From the NCBI GenBank assembly GCA_964572225.1, contig CAZNFR010000006.1, positions 533 to 64,532 on the forward strand: 64,000 nt of DNA, written 5' to 3'. The notes under the pieces were generated by a model. The model searched no databases and had not been told where the DNA came from. It was given only the letters and a program-made list of their open reading frames with translations. This DNA is from an uncultured Bacteroidaceae bacterium (GTDB lineage: Bacteria > Bacteroidota > Bacteroidia > Bacteroidales > GCA-2748055). Shown piece by piece: positions 47,761 through 57,562 of the stretch. The translations under genes and the position numbers were made by a program. The first letter of the stretch is position 1; each line of letters starts with the position of its first letter.

Positions 47761-48414
47761 ATGGAAATTGAAGAAAAAACCATAGTCCTGTTTACCAGTT
47801 ATTTTGGTCCAGTGCAATACTTCATCCGTTTTATCGATAACAAAGAGATCATTCTTGATTTCCATGATAACTACCAAAAACAAACTTACAGAAACCGATG
47901 CAGAATACTGGGCGCCAATGGAATACAAAACCTTGTCGTGCCGGTTAAAAAAATGGCCACACTAAAAACAAAGACCCGGGATATCCGGATTGACTACGAT
48001 ACTGACTGGCAGAAAAACCACCTTCGGTCAATTCAGTCAGCCTATCGCTCATCTCCTTTTTTTGATTATTATTTTGACGATTATGAGGAATTCTTTTACA
48101 AGAAATACCAGTTTCTGGTGGATCTGAACACCGACATTCTGCAAGTAAACCTCAAACATTGTAACATTCGGGCCGAACCCATAAAGAGCGAAAGTTTTAT
48201 TCCAATCAGTCTAAACGATGGTCGAAGCTGTATTCATCCTAAGATAGAACCTGACAGGGACCCGTACTTTCAATCGATTAGTTATCCTCAGGTTTTTACT
48301 GAACGTTACGGATTTCTCCCAAACCTAAGTATTCTGGACCTTATTTTCAATCTGGGGCCTGAAAGTCAGGATTATCTACGGAAAAGCAAAGAGCCAGCCG
48401 GTTCAGACTTTTAA
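47761..48414 (+). CDS. WbqC-like family protein
   Basis: 217 aa. The N-terminal FTSYFGPVQYF...YQKQTYRNRCRILGANGIQNLVVPV matches my recollection of the WbqC-like family. Function unknown. Confidence 0.65.
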   Translation: MEIEEKTIVLFTSYFGPVQYFIRFIDNKEIILDFHDNYQKQTYRNRCRILGANGIQNLVVPVKKMATLKTKTRDIRIDYDTDWQKNHLRSIQSAYRSSPFFDYYFDDYEEFFYKKYQFLVDLNTDILQVNLKHCNIRAEPIKSESFIPISLNDGRSCIHPKIEPDRDPYFQSISYPQVFTERYGFLPNLSILDLIFNLGPESQDYLRKSKEPAGSDF

Positions 48415-48449
48415 AAAACCCGCTTTGCAGAAACAAAGCGGGAGTTTTT
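48413..48449. terminator. Bidirectional rho-independent terminator between convergent genes
   Basis: A-run, then stem CCCGCTTTG (48419-48427) / CAAAGCGGG (48434-48442) with a 6-nt loop, then AGTTTTT. Confidence 0.65.
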
Positions 48450-48455
48450 CGTACA

Positions 48456-49916
48456 TTAGAATCGCAATCCTACGGTCATTTGCACACTATTCATATTAGA
48501 GCTTAGTTTAGCAGGATCGGAAACCGGAGGAATGTAAAGATAATAGCTCTGCTCATCAATACTATGGGAATAGGAAACATCGAAAAATACATTGCTTGAA
48601 CGGATTCCGAGTCCACCGGAAATAATTCTACGATTCGAATTTACATTAGGTTCTTCTGTTACAAAGGGACTGCCATAAAATGCATATCCTCCCCTGAGGT
48701 AGGCAGGTCCAAGTCTTACTTCCCCTCCAACCCGGAAATTATGGGCTACATCGTACAACTCCTCAATGGTAGAATTTTCATCAAAGAAATTATAATCCGA
48801 GGCATCAAGATCAGCAGTTGAATAATCCATGAATTCATAATCAAAACTGATAAGACCTACAGTGCCAAGGGTAATAACTGCATTTCCCACCACCTTCAAT
48901 GGAGTTCTGAGTCTGTAATCATACCGGTTCAGCCCTGAGGATGCATTATAAATACCGCCCAGATCCTCTTCAGGATCCACCCTTCCTTCCATGTAAGTAT
49001 CAAATTCATCATTTAGATTGTAAAAAGTTGGAGTATGAAAAGCTGCTCCAATCCTCAGAAAATCCAAAGGCCTTGCAATGGCCCCGATCTTAAGATTATA
49101 GCCGGTACCCCTGGTACTCAAATACTCCTCGAAAGTAAATCCGTCGGTAAAAATTATGATGTCATTGGGATCATCCTCATTGGTAATTATGGTCTGATCA
49201 AATCTTACTCTTTGGACCCCTATGGTAGCGCCCATGTACAAACGATGGTTATAATTTGCCCCGAATGAAAAGGTGTATTCACCCATAAACCCTCGGGTAC
49301 GGATCTCCCTGGACTGATCCTGCCCATACCCGTCAAGGTTAAAATCATTGAAGTACTCACCCGTATCTTCATATCTGTCAATCATATACGTATCCCATGC
49401 GAGTCCCTCGTAAAAATTGTTTAAGGAGGATGGGTCCTGGTTTCCCGCGAAGGATACGAAATTATCCAACAGAGAAGAATTATTGTTAATTCCCGACATA
49501 AAAATATTCTGATTGAAATTATTCAGCCGGTTATATCCTATACCAAAATTGGTGCTGATCCAGCCGGACTCATTTCCAAGGGAATTATAAAAGACCATTC
49601 CCAGATTACCCAGGTTGAAATTAAAATTATCGTCGGATATGGTATTTCCGAGATAGTCGGCAGAGGTATTATCCCAATAAAATGCCGTTGAAATGGAGAA
49701 TTCAGAGCTACGGTACAATCCGATACTTGCCGGATTTATACTCAATCCGGTAAAATCACCTCCGATAGCGCCGATAGCGCCTCCCAATGCTACGGACCGG
49801 GAGGTTCCGGTAATAAAATTTTGTGAATATCGCAAAGCATCAATTTCACTTTGAGCCCTTAGCAAGGAAGGAAATAGAAAGAAGATGCCGGTTACAATAA
49901 AAATATAGCGTTTCAT
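48456..49916 (-). CDS. Outer-membrane beta-barrel protein, FadL/TodX-like
   Basis: Signal peptide ending LLRAQS. N-terminal ALRYSQ...GTSRSVALGGAIGAIGGDFTGLSINPASIG resembles the FadL-family hatch region. Alternating beta pattern and C-terminal ...MTVGLRF (terminal Phe). Confidence 0.55.
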   Translation of the reverse strand: MKRYIFIVTGIFFLFPSLLRAQSEIDALRYSQNFITGTSRSVALGGAIGAIGGDFTGLSINPASIGLYRSSEFSISTAFYWDNTSADYLGNTISDDNFNFNLGNLGMVFYNSLGNESGWISTNFGIGYNRLNNFNQNIFMSGINNNSSLLDNFVSFAGNQDPSSLNNFYEGLAWDTYMIDRYEDTGEYFNDFNLDGYGQDQSREIRTRGFMGEYTFSFGANYNHRLYMGATIGVQRVRFDQTIITNEDDPNDIIIFTDGFTFEEYLSTRGTGYNLKIGAIARPLDFLRIGAAFHTPTFYNLNDEFDTYMEGRVDPEEDLGGIYNASSGLNRYDYRLRTPLKVVGNAVITLGTVGLISFDYEFMDYSTADLDASDYNFFDENSTIEELYDVAHNFRVGGEVRLGPAYLRGGYAFYGSPFVTEEPNVNSNRRIISGGLGIRSSNVFFDVSYSHSIDEQSYYLYIPPVSDPAKLSSNMNSVQMTVGLRF

Positions 49917-49982
49917 TGTTCTGATTTTTTGAATGTTAATGGAAAAAAGGTCCCGGAAACGGGACCTTTTGTTACTTGTTTA

Positions 49983-51587
49983 TTATCTTCTGCCTCCACC
50001 CCTGCTACTGCTCGATGAGGACCTCGAAGAGGTACCGGAACTACTTCTCGATGAACTGCTTCCGGATGAAGACCTGGAGTAGCTGCTGGAACTTCTGCTG
50101 CTGGAAGAAGATCCGCTGTAACTACTGGAACTTCTGCTGCTGGAAGAAGGCCTGCTGTAGCTGCTGGAACTTCTGCTGCTGGAAGAAGGCCTGCTGTAGG
50201 TGCTGGAACTTCTGCTGCTGGAAGAAGGCCTGCTGTAGGTGCTGGAGCTTCTGTTGCTGGAAGAAGGTCTATTATAAGAACTGCTTGAACTGCTTTGTGA
50301 AGGCCTTGTATAGGTCGAGCTGTTCCTGGTTGAAGGACTGGTATAGCTACCTGAACGACTGGAAGAAGAAGGTCTGCTGTAGGTCCTGCTCTGAGTGCCG
50401 GCAGAACTACTTCTGTTATATGTCGGTGATGTTGAAGTACGTGGCCTGGAGTAACTGGGCGTATAAGTCCTGCTTTCCCTGCTTGTATTTGTCCTCACTG
50501 CTTCACGGTTTACAGATCTGGTGTCAGATGCTGTTCTGGTTGTTGGACGTTGACCGGTACTGGTCACGGTTCGGGTCTCAGGTCGCACCGCTGTTCTTCC
50601 TTCAGTGGTCCTGGTACTTGTAGTTGTTCTGTTTACAGTCCTGGAAGCCTCAGTTCCACTCCTTCTTACTGAATTAATATCATCTCTTCCGCTGACTCTT
50701 CGATCGGTGGTGGATTTTCGTACCGCTGATGTTCCTGCATAACTGGAAGTTACAGGTCTGTAGGCGGCTCTGGAGGTTCTGTGTCCATAAGATGCATACC
50801 TTACAGGGTAATAACCTCCACCCCAATAACCATCGTAGTAGCCATGGCGATAGCCTGCCCAGTAAGATCCATAATAGTGTCCGCCCCAATAGGGCCTGTA
50901 TCCCCAACCCCAATCATAATATCCATAATAAGGACGGTGCCAGGAGTAATAAGGAGAGTACCAGGGATCATAATAACCCCATGAGCCCCATCCCCAGTTA
51001 AATCCCATGTAGAGACTTACACCCCAGTGGACAGGATTGTAGGTATACCAATAATAATCAGCATAAAAAGGATCATAATAGTCCCAACCATAATAGGGCC
51101 TGTGAAACCTTCGTATTCTTGATGAATATTGATAATCGTATATGTAGGAATCATCAAGGTAATAATTATTGATTACTACCCGGTCCTTCTCTTCATCATA
51201 ATAACTATCCTGATAGCTATAATCATTATAGACTGTATCAGGGTAGGGCTGTTCCTCTGCATAAACGTGATCTTCAGAAGTGTAGGTTTCCCCAAGCATT
51301 TCAGCTTCCTTCTGGAGCTTATATTTCTCATAATCACTCAGCTGTTCATATTGGGGATCTTGTCTCTCCGGTAAAGCGGCAGTTTCTTTTACGATTTCGG
51401 GACTCAGTTGTTGGGTGGTTACCGGTTCCTGAGTCGCAGGAACCTGCTCTGTTACAGAAGGTTTCTCGGTCACTGCGGAAGGGACGAAGTAAGCATCGTC
51501 AGTAACTGCTGTGCCTGAGTAGTACCCGCTGGAACAAGAAGCGAGGAGAAATGTCGCACTTAATAGTATTGTTAATCTTGTTTTCAT
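49983..51587 (-). CDS. Low-complexity lipoprotein: acidic linker, Tyr/Trp/Gly-rich core and a Ser/Thr/Arg-rich repeat tail
   Basis: The ORF track starts at 51635; I prefer ATG 51587 (MKTRLTILLSATFLLASC, signal plus lipobox). The core reads RPYYGWDYYDPFYADYYWY...GFNWGWGSWGYYDPWYSPYYSWHRPYYGYYDWGWGYRPYWGG. The tail has about five YSRPSSSSRSSSS repeats and ends SSSSSSRGGGRR. Confidence 0.65.
   Translation of the reverse strand: MKTRLTILLSATFLLASCSSGYYSGTAVTDDAYFVPSAVTEKPSVTEQVPATQEPVTTQQLSPEIVKETAALPERQDPQYEQLSDYEKYKLQKEAEMLGETYTSEDHVYAEEQPYPDTVYNDYSYQDSYYDEEKDRVVINNYYLDDSYIYDYQYSSRIRRFHRPYYGWDYYDPFYADYYWYTYNPVHWGVSLYMGFNWGWGSWGYYDPWYSPYYSWHRPYYGYYDWGWGYRPYWGGHYYGSYWAGYRHGYYDGYWGGGYYPVRYASYGHRTSRAAYRPVTSSYAGTSAVRKSTTDRRVSGRDDINSVRRSGTEASRTVNRTTTSTRTTEGRTAVRPETRTVTSTGQRPTTRTASDTRSVNREAVRTNTSRESRTYTPSYSRPRTSTSPTYNRSSSAGTQSRTYSRPSSSSRSGSYTSPSTRNSSTYTRPSQSSSSSSYNRPSSSNRSSSTYSRPSSSSRSSSTYSRPSSSSRSSSSYSRPSSSSRSSSSYSGSSSSSRSSSSYSRSSSGSSSSRSSSGTSSRSSSSSSRGGGRR
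50082..50276. repeat. Five head-to-tail 39-bp tandem repeats, in frame within the lipoprotein gene
   Basis: The units are 50082-50120, 50121-50159, 50160-50198, 50199-50237 and 50238-50276. Units 2-4 differ only within their first 4 nt, and unit 5 is more diverged. Each encodes YSRPSSSSRSSS[ST] on the minus strand. Degenerate copies continue to about 50400. Confidence 0.9.
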
Positions 51588-51957
51588 GATGTATCCTCCT
51601 GCCTTAATATCTGATAAATTAATTTTTTTTAACATTCTGTTTAATGAAAAACAAATACTATACCAAAATGATTTGCCTTCTGCTTTTTAACAATAACCGG
51701 TCTCTCGCGGATCAATTTACATTTTTATTACGGAAAACCGAATGTTTGGGTTGATTTTAACGTGAAATTCCGGGAACGGAGATCCTCCTGAACAGTTTAG
51801 GATGGCAGATTTCTGCTCTAATCCCATTTATATTTCGAGAATAGGATTTTATTTTTTTAATTTGCGGTTCCTTTATGCCGTGCAATAGATCCGGCCTGAA
51901 ATAGTCCTGGAAAGGGCATAAAGATTGTTAAACCGAATATTACATATCCCAAAAAAT

Positions 51958-53433
51958 ATGGCCAAAGTTCTTACTCCTGCTGAAGAGAATTATTCTCAAT
52001 GGTACAATGATATTGTGATTAAAGCTGATCTGGCGGAATACTCTGCTGTTCGTGGCTGTATGGTAATAAAGCCCTATGGGTATGCCATTTGGGAAAAAAT
52101 GCAGGCGGTACTTGATAAAATGTTTAAGGATACAGGTCATCAGAACGCCTATTTTCCTCTTTTTATCCCAAAGTCTTTTTTTAGCAAAGAGGCCAACCAT
52201 GTGGAGGGATTTGCTAAGGAATGTGCGGTAGTTACGCATTATCGTCTTAAAAACGATGAAGAGAAAGGAGGGGTTAAAGTAGATCCCGACGCCAGACTGG
52301 AAGAAGAATTGATTATCCGGCCCACTTCCGAAACCATCATCTGGAATACCTACAAAAACTGGATACAATCCTACAGGGACCTGCCTATTCTGGTTAACCA
52401 ATGGGCCAATGTTGTTCGCTGGGAAATGAGAACCCGACTCTTTCTAAGAACTGCAGAGTTCCTATGGCAGGAAGGACATACCGCCCATGCCACAGAAAAA
52501 GAAGCGGTAGAGGAAACGCTCAGAATGTTAAATGTCTATTCAACATTTGCCAGGGAATGGATGGGAGTACCTGTAATTGAAGGTAAAAAATCGGAAAGTG
52601 AAAAATTTGCGGGGGCCATAGACACCTATTGCATTGAAGCTCTTATGCAGGATGGGAAAGCGTTACAGGCTGGAACTTCTCACTTCCTGGGACAAAATTT
52701 TGCAAAAGCATTCGATGTGCAATTTACCAATCAGGAAGGGAAACTGGAATACGTTTGGGCTACATCCTGGGGAGTTTCCACCCGACTAATGGGTGCCCTC
52801 ATAATGGCCCATTCAGATAATAACGGTCTGGTGTTGCCCCCTAAGCTTGCACCTATTCAGGTGGTTATTGTGCCTATCTATAAAAGTGAAGAGCAGCTTA
52901 ACCTAATTTCCGAAAAAGCCAATTTCATTAAAAATGCACTAACAGAGGCCGGAATTTCGGTAAAATATGACGACAGGGATACTCATAAACCCGGATGGAA
53001 ATTTGCCGAATATGAACTCAAAGGAGTCCCGGTGAGACTTGCCCTGGGGCCCAGGGACCTTGAAAACGGCACCGTGGAAGTGGCCCGAAGGGATAAGCTT
53101 GAAAAAGTATCCCTTTCATCGGATAATATCGCAGAGTATTGTAAAGATCTACTGGATGATATTCAAAATAACATCTATTCTAAAGCCTTACATTTCCGTG
53201 AGAATATGACCTTCTCAGTGGATACACAAGAAGAATTCATAAAGGTAATCGAAGAAAAAGGGGGATTCATAAAAACCTGGTGGGATGGAACTCCTGAAAC
53301 CGAAGAAAAAGTGAAGGAAATGACCAAAGCAACAATTCGCTGTATACCCTTTGGTGAAAGTAAGGAGACGGGAATCGACCCTTTCAGCCAAAAAGAAGGT
53401 AAATTTCAGGTTCTCTATGCAAGAGCATATTGA
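51958..53433 (+). CDS. proS: Proline--tRNA ligase (archaeal/eukaryotic-like type)
   Basis: The ORF track starts at 51925; I prefer ATG 51958 ([20 protein letters not shown]). Class II motifs ([35 protein letters not shown]) are present, and the sequence ends in the conserved C-terminal Tyr (YARAY). Confidence 0.9.
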   Translation: MAKVLTPAEENYSQWYNDIVIKADLAEYSAVRGCMVIKPYGYAIWEKMQAVLDKMFKDTGHQNAYFPLFIPKSFFSKEANHVEGFAKECAVVTHYRLKNDEEKGGVKVDPDARLEEELIIRPTSETIIWNTYKNWIQSYRDLPILVNQWANVVRWEMRTRLFLRTAEFLWQEGHTAHATEKEAVEETLRMLNVYSTFAREWMGVPVIEGKKSESEKFAGAIDTYCIEALMQDGKALQAGTSHFLGQNFAKAFDVQFTNQEGKLEYVWATSWGVSTRLMGALIMAHSDNNGLVLPPKLAPIQVVIVPIYKSEEQLNLISEKANFIKNALTEAGISVKYDDRDTHKPGWKFAEYELKGVPVRLALGPRDLENGTVEVARRDKLEKVSLSSDNIAEYCKDLLDDIQNNIYSKALHFRENMTFSVDTQEEFIKVIEEKGGFIKTWWDGTPETEEKVKEMTKATIRCIPFGESKETGIDPFSQKEGKFQVLYARAY

Positions 53434-53597
53434 TCAATCCTTTACTGAACTCATCCACTTTGAACCCTCCTCCGGTAATGGTTCAAACAACATATCGTTT
53501 AACTTTTATCTTTACATGAAAAAGGTTAATTTCATCCCACTTTGCATTTTCCGTTCGGAATACCTGACTAAATGGTAGTAACTTAAAATAACCAACC

Positions 53598-55517
53598 ATG
53601 AAAAAAATAATTATCTTCTGTTTTTCTTTCGTAATTCTTCTGCTAGCTTCCTGTAAGGATGATTACCCAACCCTTTACAATGAATATAGCGGTACAATTC
53701 CTTCCGTTATCGATTCTGGTCCCGATGGGGAGACCATGAATAAATCCTCCCATAATGTTGTGGTTAGAATTGAGCCCTCACATCTCACTGTAAACAATGA
53801 AAGATATGATTATGAAATTATAGACGATAATGAAACATCTTTAATTATGGAGGCCACAAAAGTGGAGGATAAAAGTCAATTGCGTTTACGCTTCAATAAA
53901 GCTGATGAGAAACTGATCATGGAAACAGGAGAAACGGGATTAGAAATTGAGTTGTACTCAGAAACAAAATGGTTCGAAAAAAAATTAAGTGAATTTGCGA
54001 TCGTACCCCTCACTGCAAATATCGATCACCTTAGTGAAAATCAAAAGGAAATGTTGAAGATACTTTTTGAAGTAGCCGATATAATGGATGAAATATTCTG
54101 GATGCAATCGTGGGGAAATAAAGATGAACTTATGTCGACAACCGACAATGAAACCCTTCAGAAACTTTATGAAATTAATTATGGCCCGTGGGAAAGATTG
54201 AATAATAATGCCCCACTGGTAGATCGGTTTCCACCCAAAAGCCCGGGCGCCAATTTCTATCCCAAGGATATGACCATTACCGAATTCAAAAATATAGATA
54301 ACCCTGATAAAAACAGCCTTTATACCCTTCTCCGCAGAAATAGCGAAGGACAATTATACACTCAGTGGTATCATAATGCCTATGAAGCACAAGTGAATAA
54401 AGCCTCAAACCTACTAATCAAAGCGTCTGAACTATCCGAAGATGAAGGTTTCAGGAAGTATCTTAAACTGAGAGCTAAAGCCCTGCTTACCGATAACTAT
54501 TACGAAAGTGATGTGGCCTGGATGACCATGAAGGATAACCTGATCGATTTTGTTGTCGGACCAATTGAAAATTATGAAGACCAACTACTAAACTACAAAG
54601 CTGCCCATGAATCATTTATTCTGATTAAGGATCTTGAATGGAGCGAAAGAATCTCTTCCCTGGCCGCCTTGTTACCCGAATTGCAGAAAGACCTGCCTGT
54701 TGAACCCAGGTTTAAAACCGAAGTCCCAGGTGGAGATTCCGATCTGAATGTATACGAAGTAGTATATTATGCTGGAGATTGTAATGCGGGGAGTAAAACC
54801 ATTGCGATTAACCTTCCCAACGATCCTGAAGTCAGAGCGAATTATGGTAGCAGGAAATTACAGCTTAAGAATTCCATTCGATACAAGTTTGAGAAAATAC
54901 TGATCCCTATTTCCAATGTACTCATCGCAGAAGACCAAAGAAAGTACATCGATTTTAATGCCTTTTTCGAAAATACCATGTTTCACGAAGTCGCCCATGG
55001 ACTGGGACTGGATTACACTATCAACGGAAAAGGGAGTGTAAGAGAGGCGCTAAGAGAAGCCTATTCACCCATAGAAGAGGGGAAAGCAGATATTCTTGGA
55101 TTATATATTGTGACAAAACTGGCTGAAATGGGAGAATTGGGCGAAAAAGACCTGATGACCAATTATGTTACCTTTATGGCCAGCATATTCAGATCTGTCC
55201 GGTTTGGGGCATCTTCAGCTCATGGAAAAGCCAATATGATGCGTTTCTATTATTTCAGTGAAAAAGAAGCTTTTACCAGGGATGCTGAATCAGGGCAATA
55301 TCAGGTCAATTTTGAGAAAATGAAAATTGCTATGGAAGATCTGACAAAGGAAATTATTTCAATCCAGGGCCTGGGTGATTATGAAAGGGCGCAAACCTTT
55401 ATAAGCGAAAAGGGATACATCCGGAAGCAACTCCAATCTGATCTGTATCGCCTGAACAAATTATCCATTCCGGTCGACTTAAGATTTGAACAGGGTCCGG
55501 AAATGCTGGGATTATAA
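53598..55517 (+). CDS. M49 (DPP III)-like zinc metallopeptidase lipoprotein, pentapeptide HExxH variant
   Basis: Lipobox LLLASC. Zinc motif FHEVAHGLG, followed 30 residues later by IEEGKADILG, which matches the second M49 motif EExK/RAD/E as in the HExxH-type bacterial DPP III relatives. Confidence 0.55.
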   Translation: MKKIIIFCFSFVILLLASCKDDYPTLYNEYSGTIPSVIDSGPDGETMNKSSHNVVVRIEPSHLTVNNERYDYEIIDDNETSLIMEATKVEDKSQLRLRFNKADEKLIMETGETGLEIELYSETKWFEKKLSEFAIVPLTANIDHLSENQKEMLKILFEVADIMDEIFWMQSWGNKDELMSTTDNETLQKLYEINYGPWERLNNNAPLVDRFPPKSPGANFYPKDMTITEFKNIDNPDKNSLYTLLRRNSEGQLYTQWYHNAYEAQVNKASNLLIKASELSEDEGFRKYLKLRAKALLTDNYYESDVAWMTMKDNLIDFVVGPIENYEDQLLNYKAAHESFILIKDLEWSERISSLAALLPELQKDLPVEPRFKTEVPGGDSDLNVYEVVYYAGDCNAGSKTIAINLPNDPEVRANYGSRKLQLKNSIRYKFEKILIPISNVLIAEDQRKYIDFNAFFENTMFHEVAHGLGLDYTINGKGSVREALREAYSPIEEGKADILGLYIVTKLAEMGELGEKDLMTNYVTFMASIFRSVRFGASSAHGKANMMRFYYFSEKEAFTRDAESGQYQVNFEKMKIAMEDLTKEIISIQGLGDYERAQTFISEKGYIRKQLQSDLYRLNKLSIPVDLRFEQGPEMLGL

Positions 55518-55586
55518 GCTTTGACATTCCGCGCTTTCTCCGTTGTCCAGCTTATTCTTATATTTACAAAAATGTCATAGGCCGGA

Positions 55587-57458
55587 ATGCAGCGATTTTT
55601 CTATTCAGTATTTTTGTGGATATTCTTTCTATTCACGCTCACAAGTGCCTTTGCAGGTTCAATTAACGGTTTTAATCGCTCCAGCCAGGTACCGGATACC
55701 ATTCCGGTTTCCAGATATGATCATTTTTATGACTCCCTCAGAAGTAAAGCCCACAACCGACGATGGACGAAGGAACTGTATAATGTTATTATTCTGCCTC
55801 CAAAAGACGAAAACGACACAGTTAAAACAATTCCTTTTAACCAAAATTATGAAGAATTCGCAGGTCTGACCATCCGGAAAATTACTTTTGTTAAACTCTA
55901 CCCTTTCGGTACTGATATTAACGATACCAGTATATATCGGCCAAGCAGGTTAAACAACTTTGCAAATACCATTCATATAAAAACAAGAGATCCTGTTCTG
56001 GAAAGACACCTTCTGTTTCATGAACGGGAGAAAATAGATCCGCTTACTCTGGCCGATAATGAAAGAATCCTGAGGGAACTGCCTTATATTGAGGATGTCC
56101 GAATACTGGTATTACCAGACTCTACGAATAATCAGTATGCAGAAGTTGTGATCATCACTCAGGACCGATGGTCCAAAGCCTTTTTTCTTGATCTTAAAAA
56201 ACTGGATGCCGGTAAACTTGAAATCTGGGATAGAAGTATTTTTGGCAGCGGACATGAAGTTCAGGCTAACCTGCATTGGGACAGGCAGAGGAGTAAATTC
56301 TTCGGATATGAGGCATTTTGGGTCAATAAAAACATTCTCGGGACATTTTTAAACTCAAGGGTATATTATACCAATGTTTTTGACACCCATTCCTATGGCT
56401 TAAGTCTTGACCGTCCTTTTTTCACTCCTGACGTAAAATATGCGGGAGGTATAAATATGTTCAACACCAATACCATAGATAGGATCTGGTTTGCGGATAC
56501 CCTTAGAAAAGAAGAGAGTATTCATTTCAAAACCCTTGATGCATGGCTGGCGAGAAGTTTCTCATTAAATCCAAAGGATGATTTCACGGAAAAAAGAAAG
56601 AATATTACGATTGCAAGCAGGGTTTTCAGAAACGTTTTCCTGGAGAGACCTCCGGAAGTGGAATTGAAAGTTTTTCCGGAATATCATACCCGGACCCTCT
56701 GGCTAAATTCACTGTCCTATTCTGCACAAGACTTCTATCGAAGCAGGTTGATTTATAGCTACGGACAAACAGAAGATATTCCCATTGGCTTTCTTGCAGA
56801 TCTCAAAGTCGGCCTGGAGCTTAACGAATTTGAAAACCGATACTACAGCTCCATTTCGCTCGCACATGGAAATATATTTCTGAAATTTGGATACCTGGGA
56901 GGAATAATTTCCCTTGGATCCTATATTACTTCGCAAAAAGAACTTCAACAAGGGGTCCTCCAGTTAAATTTAAGCCATTTCAGTAATTTGTATATAATCA
57001 GGCAATTAAAATACAGATATTTTGCAGACTTCCGATATACGCGGGGTATAAACCGTTTTGGAACAGAACGACTGCGGGTTTCGGATAAAGAGGGTGTGAG
57101 AGGCTTGAATCTTGATTACCTGAATGCCCAACAACGCATAACCTTAAAACTGGAAGGGGTATTATTCGCCCCCAGGAAGCATTTTGGCTTCCAGTTTGCT
57201 TATTTCGGATTTATGGATTTTGCTCTCCTGGGCACCGATAAGGTTGCACTTAAAGATATGGACGCTTTTTCTGGAATTGGTGCAGGATTAAGAATTAGAA
57301 ATGAACGATTGGTTTTCCCAACCATTCAGTTTCGGTTTGCCTTTTACCCTAATATGGATGGGTTAAATTTCTCTGACTATTTCCAATTTTCGGGTGAAAA
57401 GAAATTGAGTCCGCCAGACTACAGACCTGGAAAACCGGTTATAATTCCATTTCAATGA
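55587..57458 (+). CDS. Omp85/BamA-superfamily-like outer-membrane protein with a POTRA-like domain
   Basis: Signal peptide (FTLTSAFA). A POTRA-like segment (IRKITFVKL...IKTRDPVLERHLLFHEREKIDPLTLADNERILRELPYIEDVRILVLP...AEVVIITQDRW), then a long beta-rich region ending ...PVIIPFQ. Confidence 0.5.
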   Translation: MQRFFYSVFLWIFFLFTLTSAFAGSINGFNRSSQVPDTIPVSRYDHFYDSLRSKAHNRRWTKELYNVIILPPKDENDTVKTIPFNQNYEEFAGLTIRKITFVKLYPFGTDINDTSIYRPSRLNNFANTIHIKTRDPVLERHLLFHEREKIDPLTLADNERILRELPYIEDVRILVLPDSTNNQYAEVVIITQDRWSKAFFLDLKKLDAGKLEIWDRSIFGSGHEVQANLHWDRQRSKFFGYEAFWVNKNILGTFLNSRVYYTNVFDTHSYGLSLDRPFFTPDVKYAGGINMFNTNTIDRIWFADTLRKEESIHFKTLDAWLARSFSLNPKDDFTEKRKNITIASRVFRNVFLERPPEVELKVFPEYHTRTLWLNSLSYSAQDFYRSRLIYSYGQTEDIPIGFLADLKVGLELNEFENRYYSSISLAHGNIFLKFGYLGGIISLGSYITSQKELQQGVLQLNLSHFSNLYIIRQLKYRYFADFRYTRGINRFGTERLRVSDKEGVRGLNLDYLNAQQRITLKLEGVLFAPRKHFGFQFAYFGFMDFALLGTDKVALKDMDAFSGIGAGLRIRNERLVFPTIQFRFAFYPNMDGLNFSDYFQFSGEKKLSPPDYRPGKPVIIPFQ

Positions 57459-57562
57459 CGGGATCTGAGGTTAACTGTTCCGTTTTTATACACTATTTTG
57501 GGAATTGAATCCTTGAAAATCAGATAGATTAGTTTTTCTTTTTTAGTATATTAAGCAAAAAA

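Noticed and set aside
50082-50276. Regularly spaced 39-bp direct repeats that might be mistaken for a CRISPR array
   Set aside because: The repeats are head-to-tail with no spacers, lie in frame inside a long ORF, and no cas genes are present in the window.
49976-50623. 215-aa + strand ORF with a striking repeated CCWKK/CWNFCCWKKACC pattern
   Set aside because: It is the antisense reading of the 39-bp Ser/Arg-encoding repeats. The minus-strand frame is much longer (550 aa), begins with a signal peptide and lipobox, and is followed by a co-oriented barrel gene.
51636-51957. 9-bp inverted repeat (CTTTATGCC ... GGCATAAAG) in the proS upstream region, considered as a T-box or attenuator-like leader
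   Set aside because: I could not identify a specifier or T-box consensus, or a terminator/antiterminator alternative. A single short repeat in 320 nt is weak evidence.
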